A stretch of DNA of 64,000 nucleotides from Acanthaster planci. Taxonomy: Eukaryota. A model generated the notes under the pieces. That model ran no database searches, was not told the DNA's origin, and saw only the letters and a program-made list of their open reading frames with translations. Shown here in pieces: positions 34,801 to 49,800 of the stretch (the first letter of the stretch is position 1; the number at the start of each line of letters is the position of its first letter). The DNA lies in contig NW_019091359.1 in NCBI RefSeq assembly GCF_001949145.1, forward strand, positions 1,376,540 through 1,440,539, in the 5' to 3' direction. Made by a program: the position numbers and the translations under genes.

Positions 34801-37800
34801 GTTTAACCAGAACATTGTGAATTTTTATACTAGGGTTTGTCTTTCACTGAGGTAGTTCCGAAGCATTGTGTGCCCTGTTCTTTGGGAAAATCTGTGAGAA
34901 CAAATCACACTTGACCTCGTTGAATTCAGTCCCACCGCCTAATGCGTCCTCTGTACTCGCTTTCTCTCAACAAAAAAATTCTTAAAAACCTTAGCTACAC
35001 TGGTGAAAAAATTTGTGATACTTGTTGTTGTGGTCTGCAGCTTTTTGCTTATGAGAAAGGACATGTTACTCTAAAGGCAAATGTATGGTTTTAAGCACAC
35101 AGTGGACTCACTCAAAATGTGTGCGGGCGTGACATACATAGTGTGGACCTCTGCACAAAGGAAGTCCACATAATGTAGGGTACGATGGCGTTGCGTGGAC
35201 TTGCACGCGTCCACAGAATGTTTTCCCCTCTCTGAAAAACAATTTCAGAGGCATTTTGGGGTCAAGGTTATCTGTGGCAAAATGAAGAGGAACAGTCCAG
35301 GAAATCATCATCAAAAATCCAGCTTGAAGGAGTTATCCTAGTGGGAGAAAAAGGAGCATTTACCTTAACCACAGGAGAACAAAGGAATGTCCACACTTCG
35401 TAGGTAAAACAAGAGTGCGTGAACAAGAGTGTGCGTGCGTAGCTTCTGTAAACTGTCCTCTCACTTAACCCCTTCATGGCGGAATTCTTTTGACCGCGAC
35501 TGCTGGGCTGTGGTTTNNNNNNNNNNNNNNNNNNNNNNNNNNNNNNNNNNNNNNNNNNNNNNNNNNNNNTGGTGCGGTAGTAGCAGTCCTCTGTAGGGAA
35601 GGGGTAAAGCATTGTTGTGTACAAACATGAAATTGATTGGCTGCTAACGGTGTAACTTTGAATATAGGCACTGAACATGTTTCTTTACTAGTCTGAGCAA
35701 AAATGCTGAATGTAAAATCTGTGAGGATAACTTTGCACTTAAAATGAAATGTAATAATGCACACTCAGTTTCCTTTTCTGACTAAAATGTACTTTTTTTT
35801 TTTTCAAGAAGAGCCTCCTAATGAAATTAGCCCGTCACGAAGGCTGCAAAGGGACGCGGCTACTTCGTCTACATACTCTGATGGATCATATTTAAAAGGC
35901 CTTAATTTGATTTGACTAAAAGCTTTTATCTACCCAGAGACGCAGATTCAAATTTGATTTAGGCCGGAGTTATCATGCCATTTTGTATGGTCAAGAAGCC
36001 TTTGGATTGCCAAACTGCGCTGACAACATGATGCATTGTTTAAAGTGACTGATCAAGTGCTGTGCATAATTGTCAAGCCTGTGAAAACTGAACCATTGGC
36101 CACTCTGATACGGAAAGGATCATTTGCATGGGCTGAATTGACACAACTCTCATAATGTCTGAGAGGTTTGCCAAAATCTTTCCTTGTTGGACTTGTTGAA
36201 ATCCCAAAAGAGTCAATTTGGGCTTGTCAATTTGTTTTATAGGCTGGAGCTCCACCTGCACATTAAAAACATGCATAATAAAACATGTACCGTAGTGATG
36301 GCTTAAATTTAGTGAAGTACATGTATTTCTGTGAGATCCTTTCTAGAACTGTTGCCCCTAGCTGGCTGAGCACATTTTAAAATTTTGTACTTTGAAATTC
36401 TGAGTTTGAAGAAGACCAGTGATCATATGACTTGCTCCACACACGGGTCATGCTTCATTTTGTGTAGAGACCGCCAATGTCTTTGAGTAAAATCGTCATT
36501 GTGTTTGACAATGTCCATGCAGGTCCTTGCAGCGAGAAAGAGATGAATGGAGCCGCAATAGAGACAAGCTGGAAACGGAAGTCCTCTCGCTCAGGGAAGC
36601 CGTGCAGGTACATGTAGGCTGATTGTTGTTAAGCACTCTGTCAGAATTAGATTTTAGGAGCGAGACTCACTTAGAATCGAAACATCAGGGCCCCCCAGTT
36701 TCATAGACTTTAGCACAGACAGTATATGTGGCACTTGGTAGTTTGGATATTTGCTTAGTGAATTAGGATAACGCAACTATCATTTGGGAACCTTGATAAG
36801 TTTATCTGCCAAATATGCCAATATGCTGTGCACGTGCAAGTGTGTTTTATTTAGTATAAGTCGTTTTCTGGCTAAGATCAACGAAACTGAGCGTGATCGA
36901 GATTAATTTTTGGTCTCAAGTGGATGTCTTGTGAAATAGTATTTACTTAATCGAAGTTCTCATTTCAATCAAATTTAATTCAAATCTGTGACTGATAAAT
37001 TGAAAAGGATATAACCACGCCCCCGTTGGCGAGCTAAATTTTAGCCCAAGTTTTGAGCCAACACCAAAAAAGTTTCTCATTTTTTAATCATAAAATGTTG
37101 CCGTCTTCGCTTAGGCAGCAAGCAAGAAATACGCTGCCAGTGAAAGCAAAGTCCGCAACGTGGAAAAAGAGGTGAGATGCTCTTCCATCACTGACTGCAT
37201 ACGGCTGACCAAAATGATAGTGTATTTTAACGGCAGAAAAATTTCGGGGATCCTTCCTGTTGCCCGCCGGAATGTAACATCATTTGCCGCTGCATGCTGC
37301 ACCCTATTTGCATGCTCTTGCATCATATACAATCATGTGCATGAATGGGTTGCATTGTCTTGTTGCTTTTTTTTCTATCGGTCTGTTGCTTTGTGGGGCA
37401 GATGGTGCTTAATAATGGTGCATAGAGTTTCTTCGTTGTGCTCGTCTGAAAAACAAAAAGTCTTTGCGTCAGACCTTTCTGTAGCAGCGTTTCAATTGGC
37501 AAACGGTAATGATTATCCCAGGTTTCAGCTGAACCCGCATTTTTTCAGCCTCTGGCCTCTTTGTGCAATGCTGAATACAAATTTTGTTTGGCCCACTGCT
37601 CAGAATTCTTGCCAAAACTTTTAAATATTCACTGTATGGCAATGATGGTGATTAACTGCTTGGACCTTAGTTTAATTTATGTAGATATAGCAAACCCTAA
37701 CTGTTCAAATTCGCCTTGTTAAAATTGATTTTTGTTTTGGTGGGCCATTTACACTGTATTGTTCATCCATCCTTTGGGTACATTTGATCCACTTCACCCA

Positions 37801-40800
37801 TCTCATTTCACCATCATCTCCTCCTCTTTTATTTCCCTACCCCCGTGCACCTCCATCCATGCTCCCGTATCTCTCATTTTGCTGGGTGGGGGGGGGTTTG
37901 ACCGTAACCAGCTTCAGGTGACCGGTACTTCCCTCATGGAGCGCAGTAACCAGCTAGCTTCGCTGCAGAGAGAGCTGGACAATAGAGACACGCGGCAGAG
38001 CTCTCACGACACCCTGCTGCAAAAGGAGAAGGTATAACTCATCCGATGCCGCCCGACGTGCTTCCATTAACAAAAATGTTTTCCACCTTTAAAAAAAAAA
38101 TTTTCTGTGCTGTTAAATTTGTTTTGTTTTTATGTTTTTTTTATTTAGTATTTGTTTGAAATCTGAAGTGATGCTTGAAAAATGATTTTGAGAATTTCTC
38201 ATGATTCCAGGAGGATAATTACAAGATATCAGCAAGAATGGAATCACTGATGGAGAGGTATGTACAAATCTGTGAAGGTCGCCAAGAACAGTGCTCATAA
38301 TTTGATGTGGTTCCCACTAATTCCAAGAAGAGGAGCAATTTGTTGTGCAACAATTTTGGGTCTAGTTGTAAACTTCTGTCGTTAACTGTCTATTCATCTA
38401 CACCAGAGTGCATGAAAAAGTCTGATAATATTTTGTTCACAATCATTTGTCGGCTGCTAAACTGCCTCTTTATTCCTTTGTACCTGCTATCATATCACTT
38501 TCTTTTGGCGATGCTTTCCTTTTCTTGAATTGTTCGCCTTTTGTTTTTGACGTCCGTCAGATTGAATGATTCCCAGGGTGAGATTGCCAAGCTACGTCGC
38601 TCCCTGGAGACGGCCCAGCAGGAGAAGATGCAGCGAGATAAGGACCTGATGGATGCCCAGGAGAAGTTTAACAACACCCTCAAGACGTTGCAAGCGGAGA
38701 ATGACAGGGTGGGTCGGATGAAAATCTCACGCTCACATTTCAGGTTCTATATTTCAACCTTTAAGCAGTGCATCGGGCCAATCAGTTGGGCCCACTTGGT
38801 CATCAAAGAGAGCTATCTTTAGACCCTTCAGAAGTCTGATTATATGACCCTGGATAGGCACATACCCCAGTGAGAGGATCCAAAAGACTTTTGCCATTGA
38901 ACTTTGAGATCAGTCTGTGATGTCATCCATTTTAAATCTGTAAAATTTCCAAACACCCTTTCAGAAATTAATACGTTTTTTACTCAAATTTGATTGCACT
39001 ACTCAATTTTGCATTCTCCAGTTCCACCAGCTGATAAGAAGGAAAATCTCTGAGCCCCTTCTTTGCAAAGAATGTTTTTTATCGTCATTTTTATCCAAAT
39101 GAAAACTTTTAGACAGCTCAAGATGAAAGAAGTTCAAATGAGCAATGACGGATCTGGTTTAATGGTTGCTTTTTTTTGGTTGGGGGGTGGCCCACAGACA
39201 CGCAGTGTTTGGGAGGAGAGATTAGCAACGTCATCTGAGAATGTTTCTAGACTCAAAGAGGAGTTGCAGCGATCAGAGCACACCAGGAGTCTGAGGGACC
39301 AGGAGATTCGACAAATACAGCAGGTCAGGCAAAAGATCGGTCTTAGCCCAAGACTGGATTTGGATCTTTATTCCCTTGACTCAGGCGATAAGAATCTTGT
39401 ATTATGTTTCTTAGTGGCTGGACAACTTCTACTGCAGTCATCAGAACATTTTGAGGATATCAAGTTTTAGTCTTTAGCTTTGATTTTATGAAAAAATGTA
39501 ATTTTGGGAGATCTGTGCGATCTTGTTATCATGAGACAAAGATCACAAATTTATTTGGGAGGGACCCTGATGAGCAACCCACTCACTTCTTGTATCTTAA
39601 TTGCTTCTTAGCCGCCAAGGTTATTGGGACGAGTTGAAAGAAGTTTCTTGTGTCATGCCAGTAGCCTCTTTACAGTTGATATTGCCTAGTTTGACGTCAA
39701 CATATTTTTTCATTTTTACTTCAACCCAGGAGCTGACAGATGCTCTACGGAAATTGTCCATTGCAGAAGCAAACCTAGACCTTGCCAGAAAGGTGAATTT
39801 AGATAATATTGAATTGGCGCTTTTAAAAGGTGACTTTTCATAAGATCGTCATATCTATCCCAAGCGGGACCAAGAGAGGGTGCAGTTGTTTTGTCAACGG
39901 GAGGCTCTTGTGGTGGTAACTGCACTTCACTGGTTCACAAACAGCTGTGAAATGCAAGCATTCTGGTCGCATGGCTACCAGCAAAATGAACACTCCCCAC
40001 TGACACGGCTCTTTTGAACCGATGAGGGGGTGCTTCTGCTCCAGGCTGATAAGCTTCATGCACAAGAACTGTCATGGAGGCCTTACATTGTGTAGCAAGC
40101 TTGCCAACCATATGCACTGAATGAAAGGGTACATTGTGTGTTAAGCATGGTACTGGCACAGTTAACTTTTGACGGAATGCAGTTTGTTATAATTTGATTT
40201 GTGCTACGTTTTTGGTCCCCCCTCAGAATCAGAGCGAGCTTGAAAGAGAGAAACAGCAGCAATCACACCACATGAAACAGTTGCAGGATCAGGTAAGATA
40301 AACAGTTGGTATCAAAAGAGGGTTTCAGTGAGAGGTTTTCTGTCGGACTTCTGAAGTGTTGGGTCCATTTGTCATGTAAATGAGTAGGCAAAAGGTAATT
40401 CTCAGGATCTGCGTGAGAATGTTTCTTGTCACATTGAAAAGTTTTTGCACCGTGTGGTACAGCCTTTGGTTTTTGGTATAGAAATCCCAACGATTTGAGG
40501 ATTAAGCCTGCTGGCCTTTGACCCTTGTAACTCTTGCAGCTGACTTCACTGGAGAGGGATCGTCGGTCCCTGGAGGGACGGGTGGAGGACTTGCAGTCAG
40601 ATCTGATGCAGACACAGCGGAACAACTTAAACACATCCCAACAACTCATGGTTACTCAAACTTCGTTGCAGAGAAAGGTCAGTGACAGAAAAGCCCATTC
40701 ACTCTGTGACTAACACTTAGTCGTACTTAACAATACTTACGACTAAACTTTTGTCTGTACGTGACATTGCCATCTAATTGTGTGATGCTGAAATTCTTTG

Positions 40801-43800
40801 AGTAGCGTGTTGCAATTTGATGGGACAGGAAAGTGCTTCATAAAATTTGCGCAGAAAAGTCGAAGCCAATTCTGTGGAGATGCAATTTATTTCCAATCTC
40901 ATGTAATATGAAGCACATAGGTTATTCATTAGTCAGTTAAGAAGGAAGTGTTTTGTTTACATAATTTTTAACTATGAATCTGCTGTTGGAGTGAATTGTA
41001 ATCATTTGGTCACTTTGTACCTTAAGTCTTACACATCATCTGACCTGTTTTTCTGTTGAAGATGAGTGTAAAAATCTCATTAAAAATGACTTTTAGTAGT
41101 AGTTACCTGAATTCAAATTAATTTCAAATCTATGTGGCACCGTTTATAAGCGCTGATGGGAGTTGCCCAAAGTATGCTTCAAAAACAGTTTAAGGAACTA
41201 AAAGCCCTGGTCAGTCCACTGTACTCATTGTACCGTATCTGAACAGACATACATATAAGATACGGTGTCTGGTCAAATTAGAAATCACCTCATTGACATT
41301 GGCTATTCCAACTCTAGTCCGAATTGGAGGAGAGACTGCGAGACCTGGAGACGGAGAATGCCCGGCTGGAAGCCGTCATCAAGCAGGAGAAGGAGAGAAG
41401 CAATGGCTTGAAGAGAGAGGTAGAAGACTCCAACAAGGTGAGGGACAGACAGCACAGACAAGCCACCTGGCCTGGTTTGATACTCCTACGTGGGTACAGG
41501 TGGTGTCTGTGGAGGTTGTAAAGTCCTATCAGTTGGTGTCTGTGGAGGTTGTAACCTCCCATCNNNNNNNNNNNNNNNNNNNNNNNNNNNNNNNNNNNNN
41601 NNNNNNNNNNNNNNNNNNNNNNNNNNNNNNNNNNNNNNNNNNNNNNNNNNNNNNNNNNNNNNNNNNNNNNNNNNNNNNNNNNNNNNNNNNNNNNNNNNNN
41701 NNNNNNNNNNNNNNNNNNNNNNNNNNNNNNNNNNNNNNNNNNNNNNNNNNNNNNNNNNNNNNNNNNNNNNNNNNNNNNNNNNNNNNNNNNNNNNNNNNNN
41801 NNNNNNNNNNNNNNNNNNNNNNNNNNNNNNNNNNNNNNNNNNNNNNNNNNNNNNNNNNNNNNNNNNNNNNNNNNNNNNNNNNNNNNNNNNNNNNNNNNNN
41901 NNNNNNNNNNNNNNNNNNNNNNNNNNNNNNNNNNNNNNNNNNNNNNNNNNNNNNNNNNNNNNNNNNNNNNNNNNNNNNNNNNNNNNNNNNNNNNNNNNNN
42001 NNNNNNNNNNNNNNNNNNNNNNNNNNNNNNNNNNNNNNNNNNNNNNNNNNNNNNNNNNNNNNNNNNNNNNNNNNNNNNNNNNNNNNNNNNNNNNNNNNNN
42101 NNNNNNNNNNNNNNNNNNNNNNNNNNNNNNNNNNNNNNNNNNNNNNNNNNNNNNNNNNNNNNNNNNNNNNNNNNNNNNNNNNNNNNNNNNNNNNNNNNNN
42201 NNNNNNNNNNNNNNNNNNNNNNNNNNNNNNNNNNNNNNNNNNNNNNNNNNNNNNNNNNNNNNNNNNNNNNNNNNNNNNNNNNNNNNNNNNNNNNNNNNNN
42301 NNNNNNNNNNNNNNNNNNNNNNNNNNNNNNNNNNNNNNNNNNNNNNNNNNNNNNNNNNNNNNNNNNNNNNNNNNNNNNNNNNNNNNNNNNNNNNNNNNNN
42401 NNNNNNNNNNNNNNNNNNNNNNNNNNNNNNNNNNNNNNNNNNNNNNNNNNNNNNNNNNNNNNNNNNNNNNNNNNNNNNNNNNNNNNNNNNNNNNNNNNCC
42501 TCCCATCGGTTGGTGTCTGTGGAGGTTGTAAACCTCAGTTACTGTGCGAGATGTGAAGGGTCTTCCCTGAATGTCGTCTGGTTTGCCTGACTCTCAAGTT
42601 CATGTTCATGCACATGTTGGATGTGGGGTCATTTCATGCATGTAGGCTGATACCATATGAGACGTTAAGAACACAGTGATGAACCTGGATCAGATGAGAT
42701 CTGGAGACAGTGCTCAGACCATAGATAAATGTGGGCACTGGTCTTTGTTATAATTAGCCAATTATGGACGTTTTTTGCCTGCATCCAAAATTGCTTGCGT
42801 GTTATGTAAAATCTAAGTGTGCAAGTTTTATCAAGTGGTACATGGTATAGTTCAAACGAATTAGATGTGTATTTGAAAAATGCTTCAGTTAAAAACTCCA
42901 AGGTGTATCTCTGTAGAAATCAAAGCTACAGAATTGTCAAGAGGCTGATGATGTCATCGTATTGTCATGTTGGTTTACAATTGGCATTTTATAGCCAAAG
43001 CTGTTTCTTTATATTCTGAAAGGGGGTCATTAAGACACCATTGAATAATTTTGATCCATTTGTTTCCTTTGTAGATGCGAATGAGTTTGGAGGATTTGGT
43101 GTCCAACTTACAAACAACCTCAGTGCGCATGGAGGGAAAATTGCAGGTACAAAGCCTTCAACGCAATTCAAATGGAAATTACTGGAGACATCTGCACTTT
43201 TCACGGTGTGAAATTTGGCTTGATGTTCGGTTCCTTCAGCTCTTGTCCTGGCATCAGGTTCTGAATCCGAGAACTCTGTTCCCTGTCTCTCTCCAAGAGC
43301 TCTTCTGAAAACTAGTCATTCATGTAACAATCGTACCTGCCAACTGGTACGATTTATGCCCTATTCTCTTCGGGAACTTATTGGAAATACGACTGTATGT
43401 TTTTTCCCCCATAATATACGGATTTGGGCCATTTCAACACGCCTGGAAAAATTGTGATTTAACAGTCGCTTGTTTACATTATACTCGAAAAATGGCTGCG
43501 AGCGTAGAGTGTAAAATGGAATTTTTCGCATCAATCTCTGAAACACTACAGGATGGAGTGCCGTATAATTCACATGATTGAAATAACTGGACATGTACGC
43601 TGTGAGAGCGAACAGTATGGTGCAGGCAGTTTTCGGTGCAGCTCGAAGCGCAGGTCTCATGTGTAAATTGCATCCTGGAACCATGTAATCATTGTGCTGT
43701 GATTGGTTGTCAATGAAATATCAATATTTATATATATGTGTCAGTGGGACTCCTTTCAGCCGTTCCTGCATCATCGGAAATAGTTACTATCGATCTCCAC

Positions 43801-46800
43801 TATCACGTGTGGTAGCATACATTTCATCGTAAATTAGCGGCTTGAAATAAGGGTAGTAAATTTTCGCTTTCTCGATTAGAGGGCCTTGTGACAACTAGTG
43901 CGGGGCAATTATCGCGTGCTTCTTACATGCTCTACTTGCATTGTTTTGTATGAGATTTCATGGACGCTTCGAACAATTTGGGGACATAAACTCAGCACAA
44001 TGTCAGTGCAACACACATGTATAAGTTGTCCAAAGAAGCTCTGACTTGGATTCAAACTTTGACAAGACCGATCCTCAAGTTACAAATCTGCGGTAATGGA
44101 AGTGGATGGAATACACTGTAGACAGGCAGGCGACTCAAATCTGCACCTGGAAAATCCAAAAGCCTGGATATGCGATGTACATTCTTTGTAACAAAGAATT
44201 CATATTTTGAAAACGTGCTCAATTTAGGTGGGAAGAGGGCAACTCCTCTAAGAACCGCGATAATGGATTTCTCGCGGGATTATTTTCATGCACGAAGAAC
44301 TGTTGACCCAATCCAGAGGTAGTCATACCGATCACGGAGGAATATGCTTATTTTTTTAAAAGAATGATTTTTTAATGAAAAATACAAGTTTTGGATTTTC
44401 AGAATACAGTTTTGTGATCTTAGAGGTTGGCAGGTCTGGTGTAAATGTAGTCTTGGGTTTAGTGAGAGTTTTGGACTTATAACATTGAACTGTGTCTATG
44501 CTGCATTGTTGGAAGTCTTTATCTATCAGTATGGGATAATCCGCATTTTGTGGCCCATGATGTAGGGACAGTTTCTGTAGGAAAAAAATTACTTCTCACA
44601 GTACGAAGTGAAATTTGGTCCGACCACAAAACTGTAACTCCCAGAAATAAAACTGAACAAAAGGACAAACATTGAATGAGAAATCATTGGCTTTGTTTGT
44701 ACAGGAGGAGACAGCCAATCGGAGTCTGTTTGCCAAAGAGGCCGAAGACCACAGAGGACTCTGGGAAATGGAGGTCAAATCGAGGTCAAGACTTGGGCTT
44801 AGGGTGAGTTTCCGATGACAGTGTTGGTCTACAAGTGTTTTACCTTTCCACTTATCACAAAGTTACTGGCAACAACTGCATCCCTTACTCAAAGTTCCTT
44901 CATGGTGGACATGAAAACATGATCAAATCGCATTCCATGTCATGTAAAAGCAAAGGCATTGTGGCTGCTATTGTACAAATTGGGCCTGGATGCTGCCATT
45001 ATTGGGGGGCGTCCTCGTGTACAAAAAATCATGAGCCTGGACATCTATAAAGGATTGTATCTTGCAATGTGATGTTTCATTTCAGATTGCCCAGTTGGAG
45101 AGAGCCAAGACAGAGGTACAGGCCCAAGTGGATGAGGTTAGCTTTTGCACCAAACTTTGATAGGATTTTTGTTCAGTTCTGTCCGCAGCTTTTTCATGTT
45201 GAAGAATTTCTACCCACCACCAAACTTTCCTACTTTGTCATTGTAAACAAAAATACAAGTACCCATAGTTGGGAAAGGAAAGAAATAAGGGCCCAAACAC
45301 AAGATTTGCAGAGTTTTTGCAATTGCGAAGCACTCGTCAAAGTATTAATGAAAGATATCTCTGCAACAACTGAACTGATTGGACTTCATTCACGTTACAG
45401 GAAAAGAAGAAAGTCCGTAAGATGGCAGAGTTGAAGAGAAGCTACGAGGAGAGATGGCAGAATGAAGTGCAGAAGTAAGACTTGATGATTCACGGACTGA
45501 TTGGAATCAGTCACTCCTTCTCTAAAAGTTTTTCATGTTGATCTTACGTGTGGTCGCTAAATGTTTGTCAAGTCACTCCATTAGGGGAGCTGGTTTTTGT
45601 GCGGAAGTCTCTCAACGATCCTGCGAGCTCTGTATTTTGACTACTGTCGTCTCTACTCTTCTGGTCGTGTAATTATGGCTGCGTTCAAGCACGTTACTTG
45701 TGCTACCATGAGTACACTCCTGAGAGCATGCACGGCAGGAGCATGACCTGTGAGTAATAGTGAGAGCATACTCGCAGTCAGGCCAGGAGTATACTCTTGC
45801 ATCCCATGCTTTTTTTTCAAGATGGGGGAAAGGTGGACATGTGGGATGTGATCTGAGAGTAATACTCGTGCATCATTTTCCTTCATCCCTGAGTGTCGAG
45901 ATTAGCAGGCAGCCTCGGTTTTAAGATGAAGTAACATTGGATCTGTGCTTTCACTGCATGGCAGTTCTGTCTATAATGAAATGTCACCTGCTTTTTCCAG
46001 GACACAACTTCAGGAGCAAGAGATCAACACCTTGAAGGCCAAACTGAAGACGGCCAAGAAAAAGCTCAAGGTAAAAAATCAAAAACAAAACAGAACACCG
46101 TGGCATTATTCATTTCCTAGAGTGAGGAAAACAAAAACCTAATTTGGGCTGTCTTCAAAATTGAGATGAATTATTGTTATACAGAAATGTTCAGAAAAGC
46201 ACCAAGGACAGCTCCCCGCCTGAAGTCTTGTTTGAGTCTTAAGAAAATTAATAATTCACATCTCAGTTTTGAAGTCAATTTTCTGTGTTAATTTGAAGGA
46301 TTTGGAAGTCCCCGAGTTGCGTCTCAACACCTTGCAGACCGGCTTTGAGCGGGAACGGCTGAACATGGAAGCAACAGTAGCCACACAACGGAGACAGGTA
46401 GAGTCAGACTTGTGAATTTCAAATCAGAAAAAGTCCTTCACGAAAACGCCCGCCTACTAGAGAGGGGAGTGTCCGTAATTACTGGCACCACTCTGTTCTC
46501 CTTCAGCCCTTTAGTGCTGCCCGCAATTCAAGCCGTACGAACACGGCTGCTGCTTGTTTTTGGTCCATACAGCAGCCCAAATAGATAACGGCAGTGCAAG
46601 GGCACCATTGAGATTGCAAAATAGAAGGCAATGCACTGCCCAAGTTTGTTAGCAAGGAAGCATGCAGGAGCCTTGTGCTGCTGAGCTCATAGAACGGATG
46701 AAGTATTTTTTGGCTTATGCCATCAGGAGTTAGTCGCATGGTACCAAAAAAATCATGGAAATGTAAAACAACAACACATGCCTGTGTTTTTATACCCGAG

Positions 46801-49800
46801 TGCCTGTGAATGCACCTGTGAAGTTTCAGCCTGCTTCATTTCATGAAGCAACTTGAGGGGAAAATTCAGTAAAAGATGTCTTTACTTCCACGAGCACATT
46901 CTTATTTCATGTGAGGTTAGAGGAGCATTTTTGGAATGAGAATTGATTGATAATGTCTGTTGTAGATTGACGACTTGAATCAACAGTTAGAGCGAGAAGC
47001 CTCAGTGAGGGTGGATGTGGAGAAACAAAATCGGCAGCTTCAACAAGGTATGGTATCCAGGCTCTGTATCCCCGTTGTACGCAATATCCTGTTTGCTTTC
47101 TTTCAGCAAGAGTTGGATCCAGACTTGCCCCACTGTTTTGTGCATTTTAGTGAAAGTTACATGTCCTGCTGGTAATATCAATACGTGATGGCTTTTGTTT
47201 ATTTCTTTGGCCTTTGCATATGTCTATGCCACATTCCTTTTTACATTTGTAATCACATTTAAAGTTCAAGCGTGTCATTTTGTCGAGTTTGCCTCTCCCA
47301 TCCACATTTTCTACTTTGATTTCTGTGACTTCCAGAGTTGTCATCAGCAAAGACCCACGAGAAGGTAGGATTTCTCATGTCTGTTATTCAAGGGAACATA
47401 TTTTTGCCCTCCCACGACTACTTTTAAAAAATTTATGTTAGAGGTTCATACCGTTTGCAAATGCTTGATTTTGCTTGTGCGATTAGAAATAAGTAATTTT
47501 GAAAATTAAACGCACAAAAACATTGAACGGCAGCACAACCATTACTCAACATTAAGCAACATCTCACATGAAAGAACAGTTTGGATTTGCTTTGTTCAAC
47601 TGTGGCACATCTCAAGCCCTGCAGTTTGATTTTTTCACAAACTGGTCACCTCTGTCACGATCCAGCATTAATGTTGTGGGAGCCTTGCTCAGATGCAGCT
47701 TGAAACTGGAAACCATTTGGCATCGTGCAGTTTCTGTGCTTTTGTTCAAGTCCATCCCACAATGCTTTGCACCAGTTTAGGGTCCCACCAAGGTAGGAGG
47801 TTTCATGAAATGGCTGATGGCATTTTCATCATTCCATTCATTCTTCATGCGTTAGGGTAAAGACAAGCTAGAGAAGGCCAAGAGAAAGCTAGAAGATGAA
47901 TTGGTTCAGATGAAGGTAATAAAAATTACAAAGCAACACCTGNNNNNNNNNNNNNNNNNNNNNNNNNNNNNNNNNNNNNNNNNNNNNNNNNNNNNNNNNN
48001 NNNNNNNNNNNNNNNNNNNNNNNNNNNNNNNNNNNNNNNNNNNNNNNNNNNNNNNNNNNNNNNNNNNNNNNNNNNNNNNNNNNNNNNNNNNNNNNNNNNN
48101 NNNNNNNNNNNNNNNNNNNNNNNNNNNNNNNNNNNNNNNNNNNNNNNNNNNNNNNNNNNNNNNNNNNNNNNNNNNNNNNNNNNNNNNNNNNNNNNNNNNN
48201 NNNNNNNNNNNNNNNNNNNNNNNNNNNNNNNNNNNNNNNNNNNNNNNNNNNNNNNNNNNNNNNNNNNNNNNNNNNNNNNNNNNNNNNNNNNNNNNNNNNN
48301 NNNNNNNNNNNNNNNNNNNNNNNNNNNNNNNNNNNNNNNNNNNNNNNNNNNNNNNNNNNNNNNNNNNNNNNNNNNNNNNNNNNNNNNNNNNNNNNNNNNN
48401 NNNNNNNNNNNNNNNNNNNNNNNNNNNNNNNNNNNNNNNNNNNNNNNNNNNNNNNNNNNNNNNNNNNNNNNNNNNNNNNNNNNNNNNNNNNNNNNNNNNN
48501 NNNNNNNNNNNNNNNNNNNNNNNNNNNNNNNNNNNNNNNNNNNNNNNNNNNNNNNNNNNNNNNNNNNNNNNNNNNNNNNNNNNNNNNNNNNNNNNNNNNN
48601 NNNNNNNNNNNNNNNNNNNNNNNNNNNNNNNNNNNNNNNNNNNNNNNNTCGCTTATTGATTCTGTCTGTGTTATTTGTTCTTTTCTTTTTTGTTCCTTTT
48701 TTCTGGACAACAACTTTTTTCAACACGGTAAAACATGCAAATTTGAAACCTGTTGTGAATGTAGCCGCTCATTCCCAGATGTACTCACAAATGTAATGCC
48801 ATAAGGGATTTTTGGATTTTAATTTTGGGTCTAAAAGATTTGGGGTTGTGCAACATTTTTTGTTTGGCCTTTACTTCGCTTGAGTCTGCGGTGAACATTT
48901 TTAAATGGAACTCCATCTAAAAATGTTCGAAATGGTTCATTGTTTCAACGCGAAACCTGTTACGAACGTAAATTTTAAGTTCTAGATATGCATATCGTTA
49001 TGACATCACCATGTAATCAGGGATGAATTAACGTGTTAGTTTAAGGTTCAAATTACTTGTCAGGACAGCCACGACTGTTTCACAAACTTGAAACTTGATT
49101 GAAGAGTCTTGTTGTTGTTGTCTGTTTCTACAGACACTGGTTCAGCAGAACTTTGTAGACAAAGGAGAACTCCAGAAATACAAGCAACAGCTTGATGCTC
49201 AGGTAGGAAGTCTAGCTGGCAAGATTCAGCTGTCAGTATTGGTCGGCATCGGAATCATGTGACCAAAGAACTTGGTTTGAAATGAGTAGTGGCAGAGGAG
49301 TGGATACAACTTTGGAGTGGGGAAGAGGCAGTGGATTTTTATTTGCATCCGAGAACATAAAAAAGCAATAACTTGTGAGCTGCCGTTGAAATACAATTTC
49401 AACCAGGTTCGGAGATAAAATGTGACCACTTTATTTACCATAATTATGTGATAGCACTGTTAGAATCAATATTTTTTGTCGTATTATCAAGCATATTTTG
49501 GACATAATGCAATTAACATTGATAATTTTCTGGGAAAATTCAGTGAATGTCTATTTGCATCTTAAAGATCTGTACAAATTTTGATCAGAGGGAAGGGAAT
49601 TGCATTTTACTTTGTGAAGTGACGTCTTCTTATTTGAGACTAAAAAATTTATTGAAGCTTTACTTTTTTATTCTGTAGGCGAGGATGGAATTGAACGAGA
49701 AACTAGATCAGGTCAACACTTACTTGGAGGAACAGGTAGGTCTGTGTGGAAGTTTCTGTAGCCATTCGGAGTGTTTATTGTAATTTGTGGAATTTTGCTG

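Noticed and set aside
39567..39600. CTGATGAG hammerhead-ribozyme-like core
   Set aside because: No stem II followed by GAAA and no flanking helices
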